Source of the DNA: Clostridia bacterium
Lineage (GTDB): Bacteria; Bacillota; Clostridia; Oscillospirales; CAG-382
Direction: 5' to 3'
Assembly (NCBI GenBank): GCA_017381715.1
Contig: JAFOBR010000013.1
Span: 12,170 to 76,169 of the forward strand
DNA: 64,000 nt
The notes under the pieces are model-generated. The model did not search any database and was not told the DNA's origin. It saw nothing but the letters and a program-made list of their open reading frames with translations. The position numbers were made by a program, and so were the translations under genes. Positions 31,839-41,735 of this stretch are shown piece after piece (the first letter of the stretch is position 1; every line of letters starts with the position of its first letter).

Positions 31839-33233
31839 TTACTTTTTCTCGGAGAAGAAGGAACGCACTGTCTTAATATCGTACTTCGCCATTTCAGCTT
31901 CGTTGATTTCGACAGATTTAGCAAGCTCGTTTATATACTTGGTAAACTTTTCGCCAAGAATGGTTGCGGAAACCTTTTCGGAATATTCCTTTACGTCCTT
32001 TTCATCAAACTCAACGCGCTTGAAGATGTAATAGCCGTAGGAACCGTACTGATACATAAAGTAATCCCCCATTTCGGTGCTCTTGAAGAGCTCGTAAAGG
32101 TCTTTACCCATAGTATCGTCTTCCTTGTTTACAACCATACCTTCGCCGTATTTATAAGAATCGTCTTCGGACTTTTTGAATTCTTCTTCGCCGTTTTTAA
32201 GCTTTTCGAGGAAGTCTTCTGTTTCCGCTTTAATTCTCGAAGAGGTTACAGCTGCTTTAACGTCGCTTACCATCTTATCAAAGGCGGCAACATCCAATTC
32301 TTCCTTCATCATAAGATGATAACCATAAGCGGTTTCAACAACGCGGGTTTCGCCGGGCTGCATTTCAAAAGCGGCTTTTTCAAACTCGGAAACCATTTCG
32401 CCGTAAGTAAAGGTGTACTCAATGTTGCTGTCCTCATTATCTTTTTTGAAATCCTCAAACGCTTTTTCGCCGGACTGGATAGCGGTGAGAGCAGCTTCTG
32501 CTTTTGCCTTTTTATCTGCCTTTTTATCATCGGAAAGATTCTGGGTAAGGTAAAGAACGTGCTTTACGGTAACGTAATTGGAAAGGAAGAAATCCTTTGC
32601 CTGCTCATCTGTAATATCCTTATCTACAATAGGCTTGTTGGAGGAATCCAACGTTGAGAAGAGAATGTAATCGAAATTCCAATAATCGGAAAGGTATTCC
32701 AGTATTTCTGCATCACTTACCGCAAGGGTACCGTCGGAAACCAGATATTCCTGCATAAGGCTGATATACTGATAACTGCGGAGATATTCAACCAGCATAT
32801 CGTAATCTGCGCCGTATTCAGCAAGCTCGATGTTCAAAAGATCCTTGCTGCCTGCGGTCTCTATATAATCCTGCGCCAGCTTTTCTATATCTGCTGCAGC
32901 ACTTTCATCCTTAACGGAAATACCGTGATCCTTGCAGAATTTCATTGCAACGAGCATATTGCAAAACTCGGTGTTGATATAATCTGTCCAGGTGATCTTG
33001 TTTTCCTGGTCATAATACTCATCCCAGAAAGCGGGAGTATTGCTTATGTCCATTTGATAGTAATAGTAAAGATACTCTTGAACTGCTCTTTTCTCAACAG
33101 CCAGATGCAAAGCGTACATAGAGCTGTCAAGCGACATACCCTCGTAAGTTGCAATAACGGGACTGTTGGAGCAAGCACAGAGGGACAACATTAATACTAC
33201 GCACAGCAGTGCGCAAAAAACTTTTTTAAACAT
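31839..33233 (-). CDS. Lipoprotein with parvulin (PpiC-type) peptidyl-prolyl isomerase domain, PrsA/SurA-like foldase
   Basis: The protein is 464 aa with lipobox LSLCAC. The parvulin signature is ...VTVKHVLY...GEMVSEFEKAAFEMQPGETRVVETAYGYHLMMK. Confidence 0.8.
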   Translation of the reverse strand: MFKKVFCALLCVVLMLSLCACSNSPVIATYEGMSLDSSMYALHLAVEKRAVQEYLYYYYQMDISNTPAFWDEYYDQENKITWTDYINTEFCNMLVAMKFCKDHGISVKDESAAADIEKLAQDYIETAGSKDLLNIELAEYGADYDMLVEYLRSYQYISLMQEYLVSDGTLAVSDAEILEYLSDYWNFDYILFSTLDSSNKPIVDKDITDEQAKDFFLSNYVTVKHVLYLTQNLSDDKKADKKAKAEAALTAIQSGEKAFEDFKKDNEDSNIEYTFTYGEMVSEFEKAAFEMQPGETRVVETAYGYHLMMKEELDVAAFDKMVSDVKAAVTSSRIKAETEDFLEKLKNGEEEFKKSEDDSYKYGEGMVVNKEDDTMGKDLYELFKSTEMGDYFMYQYGSYGYYIFKRVEFDEKDVKEYSEKVSATILGEKFTKYINELAKSVEINEAEMAKYDIKTVRSFFSEKK

Positions 33234-33277
33234 TTGAAAAATCCTCCATTGGTCATGAACATATTATATTACAAAAT

Positions 33278-36200
33278 TCAGTCGTTGTCTACACTGTTTT
33301 GCAGTAAATTTTTAAACTTTTCAAGAATTTCCGCAACTGTATCAAGCACATCCTCTTTTTCCGATGGTCTGTAAGCAAAATGAGGCTTACCTCCCAGTGA
33401 AAGAAGCATTCTGCCCCTGTACTTCGGTTCGGATGCGAGAAGAGTGCATGCACGCACATCGATATGTTCGGGAAAAAACGATATAAGACCGCGTTTTTGC
33501 TCAATAAGCTTTATACCGCAAGCACAGGCGCTGTTACGCACAAGCGCTACTCTTACAAGGTTCCACAATGTAGGCGGTATATCACCGAAGCGGTCCAGAA
33601 GTTCATCAAGCAGATCGTCTCTGTCCGCTTCCGATTCGATACAGGCGATCTTCCTGTAAACGTCTATACGCATCTGGGAAGACGGAATATAATCTTCCGG
33701 TATAAATGCGCTTACGGACATATCCACCGTGCAATCGCTCTTTAACATTCCGGGGTTACCCTTAAGTTCTTCAACGGCTTCTTCGAGTATTTTAACGTAC
33801 AGATCGTAACCGATCGCCTCCATCTGTCCGCTTTGCTCGGCCCCCAGCACGTTACCTGCGCCTCTCAGCTCCAGATCTCGCATTGCTATCTTGAATCCGC
33901 TTCCGAATTCAGTGAATTCACGTATAGCGTCAAGACGCTTTTCTGCGATCTCTTTTAAAATACTTCCTGTTCTGTAAGTGAAATATGCATACGCCTTACG
34001 TGCAGAGCGTCCTACTCGACCTCTCAGCTGATGAAGCTGTGAAAGTCCCATGTGGTCGGCGTTTTCTATTACAAGAGTATTTGCATTGGGTACGTCGATA
34101 CCCGTCTCTATAATGGTGGTGCTAACCAAAACATCGATTTCGCCCCGCACCATATTTTCCCATATTTCCCCAAGCTCGTCCTTGCTCATTTTTCCGTGGG
34201 CAACGGCGACCACAGCGTCAGGAAACGCTTCGGAAAGCTTTTTGGCGCAGGAATATATGGTTTCCACCACATTGTGGAGATAGAATACCTGACCGCCTCT
34301 TCGCAGTTCACGGCGTATAGCCTCGTGAACCACGGCATCATCGTGCTCCAAAACAAAGGTCTGTACGGGAATTCGGTCCGAAGGTGCTTCCTCCAATACC
34401 GACATATCTCTTATTCCGGATAACGCCATATTAAGAGTTCTGGGAATGGGAGTTGCGGTAAGGGTAAGCACGTCTATATTTTCGGAAAATTGTTTTAGCT
34501 TCTCTTTGTGGGTAACTCCGAACCGCTGTTCTTCGTCTATAATAAGCAATCCGAGATCCTTAAACTTTATATCGCTTTGAAGTATGCGATGAGTGCCGAC
34601 GACTACGTCGATCTTGCCGATACGCAGATCTTCTACAGTCTGTGCCTGTTCCGCTTTGGTGCGGAAACGTGACATCATCGCCACTTTTACGGGAAATGCG
34701 CGGAAACGGGAAAGCATTGTCTGATAATGCTGCATTGCAAGAATTGTGGTGGGCACCAAAACCGCCACCTGTTTTCCGGAAACTATTGCTTTAAAAGCGG
34801 CGCGCAAAGCAACCTCTGTTTTGCCGAACCCAACGTCGCCGCACAGAAGTCGGTCCATAGGCACGGTACTTTCCATGTCCTTTTTGATATCCTCTGCAGC
34901 TCTGAGCTGGTCATCGGTTTCGTCATACTCGAACATAGCCTCAAACTCTTCCTGCATCTCTTCATCGGGAGGAAAAGCAAAACCTTCTTTAAGCTGTCGG
35001 GCGGCGTAAAGAGCAATAAGCTCTTTCGCAATATCCTTTGCGGCGCTTTTTGCACGGGCTTTGGTGCGTTGCCATTCGGATGTGCCCATTTTGGAAAGCT
35101 TTGTGTTTTCGTTTCCGATATATTTGGAAACCAAATCAAGCTGGTTACAGGGCACGTACAATATATCCGTGCCTGCATAACGTATTTTAATATAATCTTT
35201 TGAAACGCCGTTGGCAGTAAGGTTTGTTATACCTTCAAACCTTCCGATACCGTGGTTTGCATGAACCACAAGATCTCCGAAGGTAAGGTCTGCGTAGGAT
35301 GCGATACGCTCGCTTTTTGTAACCTTTTTTCTTACACGCTCTTTTCGCCGTGCGGAAACATTTTGCAGAGTGTCCGTATCGGTATACAAAACGAAATTGG
35401 CTCTGGGCAGTTCGAATCCGCAAAGAGATTGGTTTCCGTCCAAAGTACCGACACCCGCAAGTCCTTTATGAAGCTGCCCGCTGAAACGGTAACAGCCTAT
35501 ATTCCTGTCATTGAGCGCAGTCAGCATATTGTCAGCGGCGCGCTCGCTCACGGTTAAAACAAGTACGTTACGCTTGAGCTCGACAGAGGATTTCAGGTCG
35601 TCTGCCAAAAGCTCAAGATTAGAAAGATATGAATTCACGGATTTGGTTAAAACCGTGTATTCATCGCGGTAATCGAACATTTTATTGGCACCGGAAAAAT
35701 AGTCCAGAGCCAATGTTTTTTTCGCCAATGAGGACACGAGTGTATCCAAGTCCATATGAGGGAGCTGACTTCCCGCAGGTAAAATTCCGCTTTCCGCAAG
35801 GGATGCAAAGGTCTGCTCGTTTTGCCAACAGAACGCCCCTGCTCTTTCCTTTATACGGGAGGTGTTGACAGCAATTACCGCAAAATCCGAAAGATAATCC
35901 AAAACGGTTGCTTTTTCCTCGTAAACAAAGGATGCATATTTATCAAGAGCGGTAATTCTTATATGATTTTCGCAGTTTTCTTTTTCTTTTATCAGAAGAT
36001 CTCTGAGCTTTTCACTGCCGGTGAATTTTTTTATCTGCTTTCCGATATGGAAAGCTATATTTTCATACGCCAGATTATCGGGCAAAAGCTCGTACACGGG
36101 AAGAATGCTTACGGTTTCGGTGTTTTCGTAACGTCTTTGGGAGGTTATATCAAAAAATCCGATAAGATCGACTTCATCACCAAAAAAATCTATACGGAAC

Positions 36201-36766
36201 GGGTTGGGATACGAGGGAGAAAACACATCCACAATACCGCCGCGTACAGCAAACTGCCCCTCTCCTTCCACCTGCTCGGTGCGCTGATAGCCCAAAAGGG
36301 CAAGCCAGGAGGAAAGCTGTGAAACGGAAATGCTTTCACCGGTACGCACGTGGAGAGTTATATCCTGCAATATTTCGGGAGGAACGGTATATTGCATAAC
36401 AGCATCGGGTACGGTTATTACCGCATCTGCTTTTCCATCCAGAAGTGCGGAAAGTACGCCGATACGCTGTTGCTCGAATTCACGGGAATATCCCTTTACG
36501 TTATCGAAAACGAAATCTCTTGCAGGGAAAAACAAAACGTTTTCCATATAATATTCCAATTCCGAGCGAAGACGCTGAGCTTCTCTCTCATCGGGCATTA
36601 TAATGAGCAGCTTTTTGTTTATTTCCTTTGAAAAAGCCGTGCAGAAAAGGGGGCGGGCAGCGTCGCACACCCCTGTTGCAACACACGGAACCCGTCCCTT
36701 TGAAAAATTTTCGGTAAGCGCCGAAAATTCGGTATCAAGTGAAAATTGTGAAATTACGGTATTCAT
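33278..36766 (-). CDS. mfd: Transcription-repair coupling factor
   Basis: The protein is 1162 aa. It has a UvrB-like N-terminal part, helicase motifs (...LLCGDVGFGKTEVA..., ...LIIDEEQRFGV..., ...QLHQLRGRVGRS...) and sits immediately downstream of pth. Confidence 0.95.
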   Translation of the reverse strand: MNTVISQFSLDTEFSALTENFSKGRVPCVATGVCDAARPLFCTAFSKEINKKLLIIMPDEREAQRLRSELEYYMENVLFFPARDFVFDNVKGYSREFEQQRIGVLSALLDGKADAVITVPDAVMQYTVPPEILQDITLHVRTGESISVSQLSSWLALLGYQRTEQVEGEGQFAVRGGIVDVFSPSYPNPFRIDFFGDEVDLIGFFDITSQRRYENTETVSILPVYELLPDNLAYENIAFHIGKQIKKFTGSEKLRDLLIKEKENCENHIRITALDKYASFVYEEKATVLDYLSDFAVIAVNTSRIKERAGAFCWQNEQTFASLAESGILPAGSQLPHMDLDTLVSSLAKKTLALDYFSGANKMFDYRDEYTVLTKSVNSYLSNLELLADDLKSSVELKRNVLVLTVSERAADNMLTALNDRNIGCYRFSGQLHKGLAGVGTLDGNQSLCGFELPRANFVLYTDTDTLQNVSARRKERVRKKVTKSERIASYADLTFGDLVVHANHGIGRFEGITNLTANGVSKDYIKIRYAGTDILYVPCNQLDLVSKYIGNENTKLSKMGTSEWQRTKARAKSAAKDIAKELIALYAARQLKEGFAFPPDEEMQEEFEAMFEYDETDDQLRAAEDIKKDMESTVPMDRLLCGDVGFGKTEVALRAAFKAIVSGKQVAVLVPTTILAMQHYQTMLSRFRAFPVKVAMMSRFRTKAEQAQTVEDLRIGKIDVVVGTHRILQSDIKFKDLGLLIIDEEQRFGVTHKEKLKQFSENIDVLTLTATPIPRTLNMALSGIRDMSVLEEAPSDRIPVQTFVLEHDDAVVHEAIRRELRRGGQVFYLHNVVETIYSCAKKLSEAFPDAVVAVAHGKMSKDELGEIWENMVRGEIDVLVSTTIIETGIDVPNANTLVIENADHMGLSQLHQLRGRVGRSARKAYAYFTYRTGSILKEIAEKRLDAIREFTEFGSGFKIAMRDLELRGAGNVLGAEQSGQMEAIGYDLYVKILEEAVEELKGNPGMLKSDCTVDMSVSAFIPEDYIPSSQMRIDVYRKIACIESEADRDDLLDELLDRFGDIPPTLWNLVRVALVRNSACACGIKLIEQKRGLISFFPEHIDVRACTLLASEPKYRGRMLLSLGGKPHFAYRPSEKEDVLDTVAEILEKFKNLLQNSVDND

Positions 36767-36770
36767 AAAA

Positions 36771-37358
36771 CTAATTAAAAAGATTCATCGCTTTATCTGT
36801 TTCACCGGAAACTATAAGCTCCACAGCCTTTGAAACGTCGTCAAAACGGCTACATACGGATTTAAATTCCGATTGTGAAAAGTTGGAAAGCACCCAATCC
36901 GCCATATCGTAATCGGGATGAGGCTTTTCGCCCACACCGATCTTGACGCGGGGAAAATCCTGGGTACCCAAATGCTCGATAAGAGATTTGATTCCGTTAT
37001 GACCGCCTGCGCTTCCCTTGCGGCGTATGCGCAGTTCACCAACGCCGATAGCGCAATCATCAAAAAGTACAATAACCTTTGCCGGAGGTACCTTATAAAA
37101 TGACGCAGCACTTTTAACGGATTCTCCGGAATTGTTCATATATGTTTGGGGCTTTAAAAGCAAAACCTTCTTACCGGCGATCTCCGCCTTGCCGCAAAGA
37201 GCTTTGTGTTTTAACGAATTTATACGGGCGCCGCAGTTTTCTGCAAGACGATCTATTGCTCTGAAACCGGCGTTATGCCTTGTATTATCATATTTGGGCT
37301 CAGGATTACCAAGACCTACTATAATGTATTCTATTCCCGAGGATGAAAACAAACTCAT
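36771..37358 (-). CDS. pth: Peptidyl-tRNA hydrolase
   Basis: ATG 37358 follows GGAGGG; the track start at 37418 adds 20 basic residues. The translation reads ...YIIVGLGNPEPKYDNTRHNAGF.... Confidence 0.92.
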   Translation of the reverse strand: MSLFSSSGIEYIIVGLGNPEPKYDNTRHNAGFRAIDRLAENCGARINSLKHKALCGKAEIAGKKVLLLKPQTYMNNSGESVKSAASFYKVPPAKVIVLFDDCAIGVGELRIRRKGSAGGHNGIKSLIEHLGTQDFPRVKIGVGEKPHPDYDMADWVLSNFSQSEFKSVCSRFDDVSKAVELIVSGETDKAMNLFN

Positions 37359-37464
37359 CTGTAAAACCCTCCTTCGGTGTGTAAGTTTATCCTTTTTAAG
37401 ACGTTTTGTCAAGTGCAATAAGTATACAAATTATATAATATGAAATAAAGTTTTGAAAAAAGTA

Positions 37465-37492
37465 TGGACAAAACCAATTTTTGTGTTATAAT
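37465..37492 (+). promoter_or_regulatory. Sigma-A-type promoter of ppdK
   Basis: TGGACA (37465-37470), a 16-nt spacer, then TGtTATAAT extended -10 (37484-37492). Confidence 0.5.
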
Positions 37493-37522
37493 ATATCGAT
37501 TAAATTTTACGGAGGTACACAC

Positions 37523-40144
37523 ATGGCAGAAAAAAAGTATGTCTATTTGTTTTCAGAAGGCAACGGCTCCATGCGCGAATTACTTGGCGGTAAAGGTGCA
37601 AACCTTGCAGAGATGACAAATCTGGGCTTGCCCGTTCCCCAGGGATTTACAATTACTACGGAGGCTTGTACTCGTTATTACGATGACGGCAAAAAGATCG
37701 GCGACGATATAAAAGCGCAGATTTTGGAATATATAGGCAAGATGGAAGAGGTTACCGGCAAAAAGTTCGGTGATACCCAAAATCCTCTCCTCGTTTCGGT
37801 AAGATCCGGCGCACGCGCTTCTATGCCCGGTATGATGGATACTATCCTCAACCTCGGTCTTAACGAAGATGTTGTTAACGTTATTGCAGAAAAATCCGGC
37901 AATCCTCGTTGGGCTTGGGACTGCTACAGAAGATTTATTCAGATGTATTCCGACGTTGTTATGGAAGTCGGAAAGAAATATTTCGAACAGCTTATAGATA
38001 AGCTTAAGGAAGAAAAAGGTGTAACTCAGGACGTTGACCTTACCGCAGAAGATCTTAAGTATCTTGCTACCCAGTTCAAGCAGGAATACAAGGACAAGAT
38101 CGGCGCAGATTTCCCCAACGATCCTGTTGAACAGCTCTTTGGTGCTATTACCGCAGTATTCAGAAGCTGGGATAACCCCAGAGCAAACATTTACAGAAGA
38201 GATAACGATATTCCCTATAGCTGGGGCACCGCTGTTAACGTACAGATGATGGCTTTCGGTAATATGGGCGATACATCCGGTACCGGCGTTGCATTTACCC
38301 GTGACCCCGCAACCGGTGAAAAGCGTCTTATGGGCGAATTCCTTATGAATGCTCAGGGCGAAGACGTTGTTGCAGGTGTTCGTACTCCTCTTCCCATTGC
38401 AAAGATGGCAGAAGTTATGCCCGAATGCTTTGAACAGTTCACCAACATTTGCAATATACTTGAAAACCATTACCGCGATATGCAGGATATGGAATTCACC
38501 ATTGAAGACAGAAAGCTGTTTATGCTCCAGACCAGAAACGGTAAGAGAACCGCACAGGCAGCTCTTAAGATCGCCTGCGATCTGGTTGATGAAGGTATGA
38601 TCACCGAAGAAAAGGCCGTTCTTATGATCGACCCCAGAAACCTTGATACTCTTCTCCACCCTCAGTTCAGCACCGAAGCTCTTAAGAAGTCAGTTCCCAT
38701 GGCAAAAGCTCTTGCAGCTTCCCCCGGAGCAGCTTGCGGTAAGGTAGTATTCACCGCAGAAGATGCAAAGGCATGGAACGAGCGCGGCGAAAAGGTTATT
38801 CTTGTAAGACTTGAGACCTCTCCCGAAGATATCGAGGGTATGAAGGCAGCTCAGGGTATTCTTACCGTACGCGGCGGTATGACCAGCCACGCAGCGGTTG
38901 TAGCACGCGGAATGGGTACCTGCTGTGTATCCGGATGCTCCGCTATTGCTATGGACGAAGAAAACAAGAAGTTTGTTCTTGCAGGCAAAACCTTTAACGA
39001 AGGCGACGAAATTTCCATTGACGGTTCTACCGGTAATATTTATGACGGTATCATCCCCACTGTTGACGCAAAGATCGTCGGCGAATTGGGCAGAATAATG
39101 GAATGGGCAGATAAGTTCAGAAAGCTTAAGATCCGCACCAACGCAGATACCGAAAAGGACGCAAAGAAGGCTTACGAGCTTGGCGCAGAAGGTATCGGTC
39201 TCTGCCGTACCGAGCACATGTTCTTTGATAAGATCGACGCTATCCGTGAAATGATCTGCTCCGACACCGTTGAGCAGAGAGAAATAGCTCTTGAAAAGAT
39301 CCTTCCTCTCCAGCAGGCAGACTTTGAGAGCCTCTACGAAGCAATGCAGGGCAACCCCGTAACCATCCGTTACCTGGATCCCCCTCTCCACGAGTTCGTT
39401 CCCACCGAGGAAAAAGATATAGAAAAGCTTGCAGAAGCTCATGGCAAGACTGTTAAGCAGATCAAGGATATCATTGCTTCTCTCCACGAATTCAACCCTA
39501 TGATGGGTCACAGAGGATGCCGTCTTGCGGTTACCTATCCCGAAATTGCGGCTATGCAGACAAGAGCTGTTATCCGCGCCGCACTCAATGTTCAGGCACG
39601 CCATCCCGAATGGACTATGGTTCCCGAAATTATGATTCCTCTTGTAGGCGATGTAAAAGAGCTTGCATACGTTAAGAAGACGGTTGTAAACACCGCAAAC
39701 GAAGAGCTTGCCAACGCCAACAGCGATATGCAGTACAAGGTTGGTACTATGATCGAAATCCCCCGTGCGGCTCTTACCGCAGACGAGATCGCAAAGGAAG
39801 CTGAATTCTTCTCCTTCGGTACCAATGACCTTACTCAGATGACCTTCGGCTTCTCCCGTGATGACGCAGGCAAGTTCCTTGACGCTTATTACGACAGCAA
39901 GATCTACGAAAGCGATCCCTTCGCACGTCTTGACCAGAACGGCGTAGGTAAGCTGGTTGAAATGGCTTCCAAGCTGGGCAAGCAGACCCGTCCCGATATC
40001 AAGCTGGGTATCTGCGGCGAACACGGCGGAGATCCCTCTTCCGTTGAATTCTGCCACAAGGTAGGTCTGTCTTACGTTTCCTGCTCTCCCTTCAGAGTTC
40101 CCATAGCACGTCTTGCGGCGGCTCAGGCAGCTCTTAAAGACTAA
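37523..40144 (+). CDS. ppdK: Pyruvate, phosphate dikinase
   Basis: ATG 37523 follows GGAGG. The N-terminus is MAEKKYVYLFSEGNGSMRELLGGKGANLAEM.... The phosphohistidine loop is ...GGMTSHAAVVARGMG... and the PEP-utilising C-terminal domain has ...GICGEHGGDPSS.... Confidence 0.95.
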   Translation: MAEKKYVYLFSEGNGSMRELLGGKGANLAEMTNLGLPVPQGFTITTEACTRYYDDGKKIGDDIKAQILEYIGKMEEVTGKKFGDTQNPLLVSVRSGARASMPGMMDTILNLGLNEDVVNVIAEKSGNPRWAWDCYRRFIQMYSDVVMEVGKKYFEQLIDKLKEEKGVTQDVDLTAEDLKYLATQFKQEYKDKIGADFPNDPVEQLFGAITAVFRSWDNPRANIYRRDNDIPYSWGTAVNVQMMAFGNMGDTSGTGVAFTRDPATGEKRLMGEFLMNAQGEDVVAGVRTPLPIAKMAEVMPECFEQFTNICNILENHYRDMQDMEFTIEDRKLFMLQTRNGKRTAQAALKIACDLVDEGMITEEKAVLMIDPRNLDTLLHPQFSTEALKKSVPMAKALAASPGAACGKVVFTAEDAKAWNERGEKVILVRLETSPEDIEGMKAAQGILTVRGGMTSHAAVVARGMGTCCVSGCSAIAMDEENKKFVLAGKTFNEGDEISIDGSTGNIYDGIIPTVDAKIVGELGRIMEWADKFRKLKIRTNADTEKDAKKAYELGAEGIGLCRTEHMFFDKIDAIREMICSDTVEQREIALEKILPLQQADFESLYEAMQGNPVTIRYLDPPLHEFVPTEEKDIEKLAEAHGKTVKQIKDIIASLHEFNPMMGHRGCRLAVTYPEIAAMQTRAVIRAALNVQARHPEWTMVPEIMIPLVGDVKELAYVKKTVVNTANEELANANSDMQYKVGTMIEIPRAALTADEIAKEAEFFSFGTNDLTQMTFGFSRDDAGKFLDAYYDSKIYESDPFARLDQNGVGKLVEMASKLGKQTRPDIKLGICGEHGGDPSSVEFCHKVGLSYVSCSPFRVPIARLAAAQAALKD

Positions 40145-40168
40145 ATACTTTAGTTTACCACACTTTAT

Positions 40169-40203
40169 GTGCGGATGCGAAAATCCGCATCCGCACTTTG
40201 CTT
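40169..40203 (+). terminator. Rho-independent terminator of ppdK
   Basis: GTGCGGATGCG (40169-40179) pairs with CGCATCCGCAC (40186-40196), followed by TTTGCTT. Confidence 0.8.
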
Positions 40204-40218
40204 ATAATAATTGATATT

Positions 40219-41244
40219 ATGACATACGCTTCAATAACACAAAACATTTACAACGATAACAAAAAAACCTATAAAAAGGCTAAGTCCCGTATATGCTGGG
40301 TAATATTTGCGGCGTGTTTTTGTCTTGCTCTGCTTAATTTTCTGGGGTATATCATAAGCGTACCTTTGAGCAAGATAATTCCCTACGTTGAAGAGGTTAT
40401 GCCCCTTACAACCTTTGATCTGCTGTTAAGCATGGGAATGTACATTTTTTGTCTTGTCTTCCCCTTTGCCATTGCAATGATTCCGTGCAAAACAAAGATA
40501 AGATCAATTTTCCCTATAAAAGCCCGTCTTACCAAAAATCCCATAGGATATACTCTGTTCGTTTTCGGTATATGCATACTGTTTAACCTTTTTATGAACT
40601 TGCTGTTTCCCTGGTACCGTGACGTTTTTGTTGCGGAGCCGGAAATATACGAAAGCACCACCGATATTATTCTATACTTTATAAGTGCCGCGGTTTTACC
40701 TGCAATATTCGAAGAATTGGTGTTCAGAGGAATTTGCATATCCTGCCTGCGCCCTGTCGGTACGAAATTTGCAGTTATAGTTTCTGCCGCAATTTTCGGA
40801 CTTGCCCACGTTGACCCGCTTCAGAGTATGTTTGCATTTCTGTTCGGTCTGCTTATAGGCGGAGCATTCGTTGCCACCGGTTCTATTTGGCCCGGTGTAC
40901 TGTTGCACTTCTTCAACAACTCCGTTTCCGTAATTTCCGGTTACGGCCACGATGCGGTCCTGTACTTTTACGGACTGCTTATTATGGGTGCGATGGCGTA
41001 CTCTCTTGTATATCTTTACAAATTCTCAAAGCTGCCTGGAAGATTTCCCATTCTGGTTAAAAACGAAAGAGAAAGTCTTCTTACGGGAAGCGGTTTTACA
41101 CCGATACGCGCTCTTTTTTCCAACGTATGGACGTATTTCTTTATTATCCTTTATTTCGCTGCGGTGATGATACGCTTTTTCCCCGAAACATTATCATATA
41201 TCTTACTTGCTGTATCTTCCCTGTTCGGTGCTTCGGTTAAGTAA
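40219..41244 (+). CDS. CPBP family intramembrane glutamic endopeptidase (CAAX protease / Abi family)
   Basis: Motifs are ...PAIFEELVFRG..., ...FGLAHV... and ...HFFNN.... ATG 40219 is preferred because the track start at 40198 lies in the ppdK terminator. Confidence 0.85.
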   Translation: MTYASITQNIYNDNKKTYKKAKSRICWVIFAACFCLALLNFLGYIISVPLSKIIPYVEEVMPLTTFDLLLSMGMYIFCLVFPFAIAMIPCKTKIRSIFPIKARLTKNPIGYTLFVFGICILFNLFMNLLFPWYRDVFVAEPEIYESTTDIILYFISAAVLPAIFEELVFRGICISCLRPVGTKFAVIVSAAIFGLAHVDPLQSMFAFLFGLLIGGAFVATGSIWPGVLLHFFNNSVSVISGYGHDAVLYFYGLLIMGAMAYSLVYLYKFSKLPGRFPILVKNERESLLTGSGFTPIRALFSNVWTYFFIILYFAAVMIRFFPETLSYILLAVSSLFGASVK

Positions 41245-41261
41245 TGGAAGGGAATTTACGG

Positions 41262-41735
41262 ATGAAAGAAAAGTTTATGCGCCGCGCTATGAATTACGCC
41301 CGCAAAGCTGCTGAAAAAGGCGAAGTGCCCGTTGGTGCTGTAATAGTAAAGGACGGGAAAATAATAGCTTCCGGATATAATAAACGGGAAGAAAAGAAAA
41401 ACGCCCTTATGCACGCAGAGATGATCGCCATTGACCGAGCCTGCAAAAAGCTGGGAGCTTGGCGGCTTGAGGAATGTGAACTTTACGTAACCCTTGAGCC
41501 CTGCCCCATGTGCGCAGGCGCTGTAGCAAATGCCCGTATAAAAAAAGTATATTTCGGCGCTTACGATACCAAAATGGGCGCTATGAGCAGTGTTATTGAT
41601 TTAAGCAAATATAATTTCAACCACCATTTCGAAGCAGAGGGCGGCATCCTTAAGGATGAATGTGCTTTCCTGCTTTCGGATTTTTTCAAAAAACTAAGAA
41701 ATAAAAACGAAAGGCAATGCGCAAATGAACAATAA
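41262..41735 (+). CDS. tadA: tRNA-specific adenosine deaminase
   Basis: ...GEVPVGAVIV...HAEMIAI...LEPCPMCAGA... is the CDA zinc motif. ATG 41262 is 7 nt after GGAAGGGA; the track start is 41244. Confidence 0.9.
   Translation: MKEKFMRRAMNYARKAAEKGEVPVGAVIVKDGKIIASGYNKREEKKNALMHAEMIAIDRACKKLGAWRLEECELYVTLEPCPMCAGAVANARIKKVYFGAYDTKMGAMSSVIDLSKYNFNHHFEAEGGILKDECAFLLSDFFKKLRNKNERQCANEQ

Noticed and set aside
37580-40057. Minus-strand ORFs of 359 and 455 aa inside ppdK, and similarly 55162..56991 (609 aa), 42373..43299, 15116..16459 and 16727..17623.
   Set aside because: The ppdK pair checked codon-aligned antisense by coordinates modulo 3. I did not phase-check the other four, but each lies antisense within a confidently identified gene, and none has independent coding evidence.
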